DNA of 64,000 nt from an uncultured Verrucomicrobiae bacterium (GTDB taxonomy: Bacteria > Verrucomicrobiota > Verrucomicrobiia > Chthoniobacterales > UBA10450): contig CAVTTH010000006.1 in assembly GCA_963737545.1 (NCBI GenBank), positions 119,538 through 183,537 of the forward strand, read 5' to 3'. A model generated the notes under the pieces. That model was given only the letters and a program-made list of their open reading frames with translations, was not told the origin of the DNA and searched no databases. A program made the position numbers and the translations under genes. Numbering within the stretch: position 1 is the first letter of the stretch; every line of letters starts with the position of its first letter. This document shows, piece after piece, positions 10,352 to 18,596 of this stretch.

Positions 10352-11608
10352 TTAAGGCTCGGCTAACTTGGATTTAAGCTGCCAAAGCGCGCCGACTGGC
10401 ACGGCATGAAGGTTCGGCCCAAAGGCGACGCTCGTCGAACCTGTATAGAGCAAGATGCCGCGTAGAAACTTTTTGCCGGTCTGCTCGCTTAAGTGCCGTA
10501 ACCCTTTGAAGTCGCTGCTCGTTGGGCTGGCGGTCTTCTTCACTTCGATTCCGACCAGCCGTCCCCGGGCGTCCTCCAACACGAAGTCCACTTCCTGTTG
10601 CGTGTGCGTTCGGTAATGAAAGAGGCCCGGTCGCGTTTCATTCCACGAGATTTGTTTCGTCAGCTCGCCCGCGACAAAGCATTCCAGAACCGCGCCCGTC
10701 ATCAAGTCGTCGGCCTGCAACCGTACCGCGTCCAGACCGAGCAAATGGCAGAGCAGCCCTGTGTCACCGAGCAACACCTTCGGCGTCTTCACCAGTCGCA
10801 AACCGAGATTCGCGTGCCACGGCGGCAGCGAGCGCACGAGGAACGTCGCCTCGAACAACGCCCAATACCGTTGCAGCGTCGTCTGCGGCATCGCGGCGTC
10901 GCGCGACAAGTCGGCGAAGTTGAGCAGGCCCATCGCCCGCGATGCCGCCAGTCGCAGCAATCGGGGCAGATTACGCAAGCCGGCGACGTTGGCCAGGTCG
11001 CGCACGTCGCGTTCAAGAATCGTCGTGATGTAAGAGCTGAACCACGCCTGCCGCCGCGCCGCATCGGTGCGGGTCAGCACTTCGGGATAACCTCCGATGG
11101 TGATGCGCGCCGCCAGCGCGGGCCAGCCGGTGTCAGTGAACTTGCCCGGCTTGAATTGGCGCGCGAAGCAGGCGTCCACGAAACCTTCCTTGCGTCCGGC
11201 GATTTCCCCCTGCGAGAACGGCCACAGCGTCAACACCTCCATGCGCCCAGCCAGCGACTCCGACAATCTGGGCAACACCAGCGCCCGCGCTGAACCCGTC
11301 AGCAGAAAACGTCCGGGCTTCCGTTTTGCATCCACGCTCCGCTTGATGGCGCGGAACAACTCCGGCACGCGCTGCACCTCGTCGAGAACCACCCGCTCCG
11401 GCAATCCACTGACGAAACCGTCCGGGTCGCCCTGTGCCGCCGCCAATGTCGCCGCCTCGTCCAGGGTGAAATAATCCGCATCGTAACCGTCATCCCGCAG
11501 CGCCTGGGCGAGCGTGGATTTGCCCGCCTGCCGCGGTCCTTGGAGGTACACGACCGGCGTGTCCCGCAGCGCGGCCCGGATTTGAGACGTGAGATTGCGC
11601 CGTTTCAT
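10352..11608 (-). CDS. AAA ATPase with a DUF4143 C-terminal domain
   Basis: 418-aa ORF with Walker A (GPRQAGKST). Its length and C-terminal pattern (EVDFVLED..GRLVGIEVK) are typical of the AAA_14/DUF4143 family. Confidence 0.85.
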   Translation of the reverse strand: MKRRNLTSQIRAALRDTPVVYLQGPRQAGKSTLAQALRDDGYDADYFTLDEAATLAAAQGDPDGFVSGLPERVVLDEVQRVPELFRAIKRSVDAKRKPGRFLLTGSARALVLPRLSESLAGRMEVLTLWPFSQGEIAGRKEGFVDACFARQFKPGKFTDTGWPALAARITIGGYPEVLTRTDAARRQAWFSSYITTILERDVRDLANVAGLRNLPRLLRLAASRAMGLLNFADLSRDAAMPQTTLQRYWALFEATFLVRSLPPWHANLGLRLVKTPKVLLGDTGLLCHLLGLDAVRLQADDLMTGAVLECFVAGELTKQISWNETRPGLFHYRTHTQQEVDFVLEDARGRLVGIEVKKTASPTSSDFKGLRHLSEQTGKKFLRGILLYTGSTSVAFGPNLHAVPVGALWQLKSKLAEP

Positions 11609-11781
11609 GGTGGATATTCAACCAGATAGTGGTGGATTTTCAACCATCATCCTCGGATCGAGCCGGAGCAGCGTGGTGGATCGAGCAGTCCCTTGCCCCG
11701 CCAAATCGACGGACTGGTCCCGTGGCGAGCTCGATGCTAAAAATGGCGCGACGAAGTCGCGCACTAATAACATCGCCCGCT

Positions 11782-11951
11782 GCTGTCATCCTGAGTCGCG
11801 CAGACGACGAAGGACCTCTCCAACTTGCAAGTGGCCTCCGATAGTCGCTTCGCGATCTACACCGTTCGGACTCCAGCCATATTTTCTGGTTGAAGAAATG
11901 TGTGAGCCTTTGTGAGGTCCCTCGCTGTCTGCGCGGCTCGGGATGACAGAC
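11782..11951. repeat. Intergenic inverted-repeat element (about 36-nt arms, about 95-nt spacer)
   Basis: The arm at 11782-11818 is gctgtcatcctgagtcgcgcagacgacgaaggacctc. The reverse complement of 11914-11951 is gtctgtcatcccgagccgcgcagacagcgagggacctc. By eye, 31 of the 36 aligned positions are identical. Confidence 0.55.
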
Positions 11952-11993
11952 TTTGTTCCATGCTGATTGTTTGCGAGGCGTCGGCGGCCATGA

Positions 11994-14429
11994 TCATTTC
12001 GGCGCGAGCGACTCTACGATTTTCTCGAAGCGCGGATCGCCGCGGAGCGGGTCCCAGACCGGGAACAGTTTCAAGGCGCCGTAGCTCAGCATCGAGTGAT
12101 GCGGTCGGGAGCACGCAGCCCAGCTTCCAGTTGCTGCAAGGCAAGCTCCTTCTCGCCCGCCCACGCTGCTGTGATGGCGAAATATTGAAGGACGCGGCTG
12201 CCGTTGACGACATCTTTTTCCACCGGCGTGAGCGCGATCGCTCGGCGGCCTTCGTCCAAGGCCAGGTCTTTCCGCCCAAGAGCAGCGTCGATTAAGCCCA
12301 GGACGCAGAGCGCCGGGCCATAGTCCGGCTGCGCCTGCACGATCTTCTCCTGCTCGGCGCGAGCCGCTTCAAACGCAGTGCGCGCTCTTGCCTCATCTTT
12401 GGTCATGCGCGCCAGCAGCCCTTCACCAAAGCTGTGGCTCAGATTAATCGCGTCCTCGCCCCAGCATGGATTGTCGCCCAGCGCGACGAGTGCTCGTTCG
12501 GCCGCAGCCGGATCGCGTTCGGCCAGAGCGCAAGAGAACCAGAAGTCCGCGGCGCTGGCGATGGCGCTCGGTCCTTGCGCGAGGATTGCATCAATCGTCT
12601 GGTGGAGCGGCCGGGTGTCCGCTTTCCAGCAGAGGTAAAATAGTCCACGATAGGCCCGCGTTTCGACGTTGTCGGGCACGATCGCTAACGCGCGATCCAG
12701 GGCAGCGATCGCCTCGGCATAGCGCCCCAGGAATTGGTAACTGAGCGCGATCTGTTGCAGAGTAAAAAAGTTGCGCGGGTCCAGCTCCACCGCGCGCTGC
12801 AGGTTCTGCAGACCTTCCTCCTGCTGGCCGCGCCGCCGCAGAATGTAGCCGGTGAGTTCGAAGAGACGCGGATCATTGGGTAACGCTCGCCGCGCAATCT
12901 CCAATTCGGCGAGGGCGCCGGCATAGTCGCGCAGCCCGTTGTAGAGATATTGTGCGCGCGCCAAATGCGTTTCGGCAGCATCCGGCCGCAGCCGGGTCGC
13001 GGCTTGCACCGCAGCTTCAGCCAGGGCAAGCCGGGCGGGAGTGTGATCACCCCATTGTGTATAAAGTTGTTCGTGAGCATAGGCGAGCTGGCAGTAAGCG
13101 TCGAAAAATGAGGGATCGCGCTTCACCGCTTCATCCAGAAGTTCAATTGCCTTCCGCACGTCTGGATCGCCCGTTGAGCTGAAATTTGCCGTGAGGAGAA
13201 GTGACTTCGCCCGGCTGTAAAGGTCGAAAGCCGCCAGATCAGTCGTGGGCGGCTGCTCGATGGCTTTCTTCTCGTTAGGCGAGAGCTTCGCCTGCAACTG
13301 ATCGGCAATCGCCTTGGCGATCTCGCTTTGGATGGCGAAGACATCGGCCAGATCGCGATCGTAGGTTTGCGCCCACAGATGCGCGTCGTTGCGGGCGTCG
13401 ATCAACTGCGCGTTCACCCGCACTTTGTTGGCCGCGCGTTGCACGCTGCCTTCGACGACATGTGCCACGCCGAGTTGCTGGCCGATCTCGCGCAGATTGC
13501 GCGGCGCGCCGCTCTTGTATTGCATGACGCTGGTGCGGCTGATCACTTTCAAATCAGCGATCTGCGCAAGGTCGGTCAGGATTTGGTCCTGCACGCCATC
13601 GGTGAAAAAGGCGTTCGCTTTTTCTTCGCTCAGATTTTCAAACGGAAGCACCGCGATGCTTTCTCGGGAATGGCGTAGCCGCCTCGCTCTGTCGAGGCGT
13701 TGATCCATTAGTGCCGTCGCGGACCGCCCGGCGGTCGGTCCCTACCATTCGAACGACTAAAACGGCGATTACACCTGCAATCAGGAGCGCTGCCGCAACA
13801 GCAACGATCCATTTTGCGCTGCTGCTTTTAGCCGGAGCCGCCGCTTTGTGCCGGGCTTCTCGAAACTTCTCCGGCACCTCGGGATTGCCCAATGGCTCCG
13901 CGTAGAGGTTCACCAAATGGAGACGCACCCCATGCTTGACCTCGCATTCGCCCAGATCACGCAGCCGCGGCGCCCATTGCCGGTATTGCACCAGATCATC
14001 CGCCACATGCTGGGAGAGGAGGATGTGCCCGGCATCGCCGCAATCCATCACCCGCTGCGCCATGTTGATCCCGGCCCCGGCGATATTGGTGCGTCCGCTC
14101 ACGTCGGTCACTTCGCTCACCGGCCCGCTGTGAATGCCCATCCGCACCGGAATTTCCGGATGCTTCCGGAGCGCTTCGGCAATCTCGAGCGCGCACCGCG
14201 CCGGCTCTTCCGCGCTGTGACGAAAGACCAGCGCCATCCCGTCGCCGGTCGGCAGCCTGACGAGTTGTTCGTCGGTCGATTCGCGCACCTGCGCGGTCCC
14301 GAGCACGATTTTCGTCAGCTGGTCGAGGCGCTCCTTCTGTTCTTCGATCAGGAGCTTGGAGTAACCGACGATGTCGATGAAGAGGACATGCCCGATCTCG
14401 AGGTGCAGATTGTCGTCAGATTCCGGCAC
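11994..14429 (-). pseudogene. Class III cyclase-TM-TolB-like-TPR protein, disrupted by at least two frameshifts
   Basis: ORF 13638..14429 is the cyclase domain plus a TM helix (EIGHVLFIDIVGYSKLLI, GDGMALVF, RMGIHSGPV). ORF 12086..13708 is the SIAVLPFENLS TolB-like module plus TPRs, in another frame. The conserved C-terminus LSYGALKLFPVWDPLRGDPRFEKIVESLAPK is readable at 11994-12090 in a third frame. Confidence 0.8.
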
Positions 14430-14653
14430 TGGCTTTTTCTACCTAAGACGATCCGCTGCGGAAAGGAAAGAATCGCAGCTTCGTCGCTGTGGCTTAACAT
14501 CGCCCGCGGAGCGGCCGATCCACCTTGTCACTTGTCACATCGCTTGCCACGCCGAAGCCTCGCGCGTAGGCGGGTCACTTTGCTGTCTCTTTCGGCGCCA
14601 GCGACTCCACGATTTTTTCGAAGTGCGCAATTCTGCCGCAAAAAACGCCGTAG

Positions 14654-15307
14654 TCATGAGCGAGGCTCCGACCGAGTCGAATGGCGGACTTCATCGTGCA
14701 TAAATGAGACTTTGGCGATGAATGCACTCCATTTTGGACCGAGGCGACCGCCATCGAGCAGGATTCTTGGGCATCGTTTGAACCCCAAATCGCGGCGGTC
14801 ACTGTAGCGGATCATGCGCCAGTGCATGTGCGGGACAACATGATCGAGAGGGATACGATATTGACGCATCAGTCTGGCCGTGAGTTGCGCGGTGCGGTCG
14901 ATCGTGCTGGCAAGATTGTTGCCCCGGTTGACACACATTTCGATCCCGATGGACGACCTGTTTCCCGGGCCTTCGTAATCAGCATGCTCTCCCGTTTCGT
15001 TAGTCGGCAGGCTTTGGTAAATGGAATGATCGTCCACCGTGAAATGCCAGGTCAGAAATCCGGTGCGATTGTGACGGCTTCGGAGCCCCTTCTTCATGGC
15101 GAGCGCGTTATGCCATGCGTCGGCGCTGCGAGACCGATTGTCGGTCGAATGAATCGTGATAAATGTCGGACGCATCGTCCGATGCAAGGGACGTCCGCAT
15201 TTCCCCGGCGGGATGATGTCCTGCGTGATTTTCAATTCGGCTGCACCGGCGGAGGCCAGGCCGCTGATGGCAGCGATGACAAGGCAAAGAGAAGTGGAGT
15301 TTTTCAT
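14654..15307 (-). CDS. N-acetylmuramoyl-L-alanine amidase (Amidase_2/PGRP fold), secreted
   Basis: 217-aa ORF with a signal peptide. FITIHSTDN...WHFTVDD..IYQSLP..E.GEHADYEGPGNRSSIGIEMC is the Amidase_2 pattern. Confidence 0.8.
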   Translation of the reverse strand: MKNSTSLCLVIAAISGLASAGAAELKITQDIIPPGKCGRPLHRTMRPTFITIHSTDNRSRSADAWHNALAMKKGLRSRHNRTGFLTWHFTVDDHSIYQSLPTNETGEHADYEGPGNRSSIGIEMCVNRGNNLASTIDRTAQLTARLMRQYRIPLDHVVPHMHWRMIRYSDRRDLGFKRCPRILLDGGRLGPKWSAFIAKVSFMHDEVRHSTRSEPRS

Positions 15308-15473
15308 CTGTTCTGTGGCACGGGAAACTTCACTCGATATCGCGTCCCGGCACCATCAAAAGCTCTCGCATCTTCTTTTTTTGGCAGAGCGCGAAAGTGA
15401 TCGCCTCGTATTTAAGGGAAGCATTTTGGGGGCAGCCTTCGGCCCGCGTCCTGCTGATTCAATCTTCGGAATC

Positions 15474-15878
15474 ATGAGCGACTCTTTGCGGATCCTGGTT
15501 GTTGAAGATGAAAAAGCCGTCGGCCATATGATTGCAATGGTGCTGGGAGGCCCAGCAGCCAAGGTAGCCCGGGCGAGGAATGGCTGGGAGGCACTCATTA
15601 AGATCGGCGTTGTGGCCCGACCTTTTGACGTTGTTATCACTGACCATCGTATGCCCCGCATGACCGGCCTCGAATTGGTGCGCCGACTCAGGGCGCAAGA
15701 CTTTAGCGGCAAAATCCTCGTTCTCTCGGCTCATCTCTCGGACGAGGTCATTCGCGGCTACGAAGAGCTGAGTGTGGACATGATGATGACCAAACCGTTT
15801 GATTTTGACGAGCTGCAAGAAGCGATGGCCATTCTTAACAGGAAACCGTCAGTGCTCGCCGGAGCATCGAATTACTGA
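15474..15878 (+). CDS. Single-domain response regulator (CheY-like receiver)
   Basis: The internal ATG at 15474 gives MSDSLRILVVEDEKAVGHMI...DVVITDHRMPRMTGLELVRRLR...ILVLSAH...MTKPFDFDEL. The upstream part of the listed ORF is antisense to the amidase gene. Confidence 0.85.
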   Translation: MSDSLRILVVEDEKAVGHMIAMVLGGPAAKVARARNGWEALIKIGVVARPFDVVITDHRMPRMTGLELVRRLRAQDFSGKILVLSAHLSDEVIRGYEELSVDMMMTKPFDFDELQEAMAILNRKPSVLAGASNY

Positions 15879-16060
15879 ACACTGCGGACGAGCTTTTCGT
15901 TCGTGGACTCGGCTACCTGCGCCGTTCCTAACACGATCTCGGTAAGCTGGCGCAGCTGCTCCTTTTGCTCGTCGATCAAGAGCTTGGAGTAACCAACGAT
16001 GTCGATGAACAAGACATGCCCGATCTCGAGCCCGATCTCTTTGTTAGTTTCGGCAGCCAT
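15872..16060 (-). pseudogene. Orphan 5' fragment of a cyclase paralogue (first ~60 codons only)
   Basis: MAAETNKEIGLEIGHVLFIDIVGYSKLLIDEQKEQLRQLTEIVLGTAQVAESTNEKLVR then a stop. The rest of the cyclase domain is missing, and the response-regulator gene ends inside it. Confidence 0.7.
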
Positions 16061-16146
16061 TTCGCTATTTTACGCTCAACCGCGTCATTGAATGGTTCGT
16101 CGCCATGTCTGTCGAGAGCAAAGCGGAAGTGTCATCGCGAGGCTGC

Positions 16147-16225
16147 CAATGTGGGAGGGGCCTTTGCGCCCCGATCTGTTGCGACCCGTTTACGTCATCG
16201 GGGCACAAAGGCCCCTCCCACATTG
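16147..16225. repeat. Near-perfect 29-nt inverted repeat with a 21-nt loop (intergenic hairpin)
   Basis: 16147-16175 is caatgtgggaggggcctttgcgccccgat. The reverse complement of 16197-16225 is caatgtgggaggggcctttgtgccccgat, so 28/29 positions are identical. Confidence 0.8.
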
Positions 16226-16270
16226 CCGCAGTTGCGGGATTGGTTAGGATCGTGGAAATAGCACCCAGCC

Positions 16271-17794
16271 ATGGCACGACTTCACGAGTATCAAGGGAAA
16301 GCGATTCTTGCGGCAAACGGATTTAGGATTCCGCGCGGTCGCGCCGCGTCAACCGCAGATGAAGCGATGGTCACCGCGAGAGAGTTCGACACTGAAGTCG
16401 TGATCAAGATCCAGGCTTGGACGACCGGACGCGCCGGTATTGGCGGCGTCGCTTTCGCCAAGAAACCGGCTGATGTTCGTGGCCACGCCGCCCGCATGCT
16501 CGCGATGAAAGTTGGCCAATTTCCGGTCGAAGCCGTGCTCGTGGAAGAGAAGATCGCCATCGAACGGGAGTTTTTTCTTTCTTTCGCTATCGATGATGCT
16601 GCTCGCGCGCCCGTGATTATTTTCGCAGCCGGCGGTGGCAGCGGAATCGAGGAACGCGCCGCTTCCACCAAACGAATTGCCTGTGATGTGAAGAGCGGAC
16701 CGCTGGATTCGGCGGTCGCTGAAGCTGTTTCTTCGTCTGGACTTTCACCCGCGCATGCAACGCAGCTGGCCGAGTCGATTCGAAAATTATTTTCCGCAGC
16801 GCGCAGCGTGGAAGCTCGTTCGCTTGAGATCAATCCGCTGGTGTTAACCAAAGATGGCGACTTCGTAGCAGCCGATTGTCGGATCACGATCGATGATTAC
16901 GCCGTTGCGCGACATCCGGAATTGAAGATCGAGATTGCGCGCGAGTTCGATCACCCGCCGACGGAGTTGGAACGCGTCGCCTACGCTGTCGAGCAAAGCG
17001 ATCATCGCGGCACATTTTATTTCGCGCAATTGGCGACGGCGGCGGCGAGAGATTCCAAAGGGCTGGTCGGTTTTCACGGCGCAGGTGGCGGCGGATCGAT
17101 GATGTCGATGGACGCAATCGTTAACGCCGGATTCACCATTGCCAATTTTACCGACACCAGCGGCAATCCGTCGGCATCGAAAGTCTATCGCGCCGCTAGA
17201 ATCATTTTGGCCCAGCCCGATCTGGTCGGATATTTCGGTTCCGGATCCGGTGTCGCGAGCCAGGAACAATTTTGGTCCGCCTATGGACTGGCCAAAGCAT
17301 TCTGGGAGCTCGATCTCGACATTCCCGCCGTGATTCGGTTAGGCGGAAACACAGAAGATCGCGCCGTGGATATTTTGCGGCGCATGTCGAAGCTGCTGCG
17401 CGCTCCAGTTGAAGGCTATCGCAAAACTGATGCGCCGGCCACAATCGCGACGCGCTTCGCCGAACTCGTCGCGAACGCAAAAGGAACGAAGTGGAAACCG
17501 CGCGCACCGCGAGTGCCGAAATTCGTGGATGATCCATCGGCCACCAAATTCGCTGTAAAAGGCGGCCGCGTCTGGATCGACAAGGCGAAGTGGCTGGAAA
17601 TTCGTCGCGCCGTCGAAACGCACTCCGGTGGATTGATCGTCGATCGCGACGGCGTGCCGGCGATGGCGCTAACGAGTGATGAATTTGCCAGCAAGGATTC
17701 CGAGTTGCTGGCATGTGATGTCGAGTGTCGACTTGCCGGATTGGAGGGATTCTATCTGGAACTCGATATTCCCGGACTGGACGAATTGATTTGA
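16271..17794 (+). CDS. ATP-grasp subunit of an ATP-citrate-lyase-like / succinyl-CoA-synthetase-beta-like enzyme
   Basis: 507-aa ORF with a SucC-like N-terminus (MARLHEYQGKAILAANGFRIPRG). It is longer than SucC and is paired with a SucD plus citrate-synthase-fold fusion downstream. Confidence 0.75.
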   Translation: MARLHEYQGKAILAANGFRIPRGRAASTADEAMVTAREFDTEVVIKIQAWTTGRAGIGGVAFAKKPADVRGHAARMLAMKVGQFPVEAVLVEEKIAIEREFFLSFAIDDAARAPVIIFAAGGGSGIEERAASTKRIACDVKSGPLDSAVAEAVSSSGLSPAHATQLAESIRKLFSAARSVEARSLEINPLVLTKDGDFVAADCRITIDDYAVARHPELKIEIAREFDHPPTELERVAYAVEQSDHRGTFYFAQLATAAARDSKGLVGFHGAGGGGSMMSMDAIVNAGFTIANFTDTSGNPSASKVYRAARIILAQPDLVGYFGSGSGVASQEQFWSAYGLAKAFWELDLDIPAVIRLGGNTEDRAVDILRRMSKLLRAPVEGYRKTDAPATIATRFAELVANAKGTKWKPRAPRVPKFVDDPSATKFAVKGGRVWIDKAKWLEIRRAVETHSGGLIVDRDGVPAMALTSDEFASKDSELLACDVECRLAGLEGFYLELDIPGLDELI

Positions 17795-17863
17795 TCACGA
17801 CGACAGTCGGAATATGCGCACTTGGAAATTGACTCATTCGCCAATTGTGACTACGGTGACTAC

Positions 17864-18118
17864 ATGGTTGCGACCCTGCGGGAGACGAAGGCAAAACTGT
17901 CGGAAATGGTGAAACGCGCTGCGGCGGGAGAGGACGTGCTCATCACGGTCCATGGCAAACAAGTGGCAAAGCTTGTGGGCTTGCCCAAACAATCGAAAAG
18001 GCTGGACAAGAAAAAGTGGCTGGCAGAATTGGCTCGACTCCGCAGGAAATACAGCACTGGCAGGTCCGGACGCACGGCGGAAGAGATTGTTTCCGAAGGC
18101 CGCGAGGAACGCTTCTGA
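17864..18118 (+). CDS. Phd/YefM-family type II antitoxin
   Basis: MVATLRETKAKLSEMVKRAAAGEDVLITVHGKQVAKLV is the Phd/YefM pattern. Its stop overlaps the start of the next gene (TGATG). Confidence 0.8.
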   Translation: MVATLRETKAKLSEMVKRAAAGEDVLITVHGKQVAKLVGLPKQSKRLDKKKWLAELARLRRKYSTGRSGRTAEEIVSEGREERF

Positions 18119-18570
18119 TGATGTATTGGGACACTTCCGTTCTCCTCAAACTATTTGTTGAGGAAGACGACTCTCGCATTTTTTCAGGTCTCATTGAGAA
18201 GACCGCAGAAGACATTCATACCTCCGAGCTGTCGCGCCTGGAACTGCTGCGCGCGTTATGGGGCAAACGAGCAGATGGGGCGATTGTCGCGGGGGCCGAG
18301 AAAGTACTCATGCGCCGGTTCGAGAGCGAGGTCGAGGTGAGACGGATCATCCTGGTTCCGCTTAGTAGCGATGTCCGAAGAGAATTTGAAAATGTTCTGA
18401 GAGTTTGCTACACACGTCCGCGGCCCATCCGGGTGCGTGCGCTTGATGCAATACACGTGGCCTCAGCGCTTGCTGCCAGGGCAAAGGAGATTGTTTGCAC
18501 GGACCGGCGCATGAGAGAGGCGGCCGGCGCTCTCCAGATGAAAATCCATCCTCCGCCGCGATCACGCTGA
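18118..18570 (+). CDS. vapC: PIN-domain VapC-family toxin
   Basis: It has an N-terminal MMYWDTSVLLKLF (acidic D), ALDAIHVASA and a C-terminal CTDRRM, which together form the PIN acidic-residue pattern. It is coupled to the upstream antitoxin. Confidence 0.8.
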   Translation: MMYWDTSVLLKLFVEEDDSRIFSGLIEKTAEDIHTSELSRLELLRALWGKRADGAIVAGAEKVLMRRFESEVEVRRIILVPLSSDVRREFENVLRVCYTRPRPIRVRALDAIHVASALAARAKEIVCTDRRMREAAGALQMKIHPPPRSR

Positions 18571-18596
18571 ATGCTCGCGCGGATATCATCCCTGAA

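Noticed and set aside
14520-14575. The segment ccaccttgtcacttgtcacatcgcttgccacgccgaagcctcgcgcgtaggcgggtcac as an independent regulatory element.
   Set aside because: It recurs at 53880-53936 only as part of the duplicated 3' flank of the TPR paralogues, so the repetition is explained by the gene duplication itself. I saw no convincing stem.
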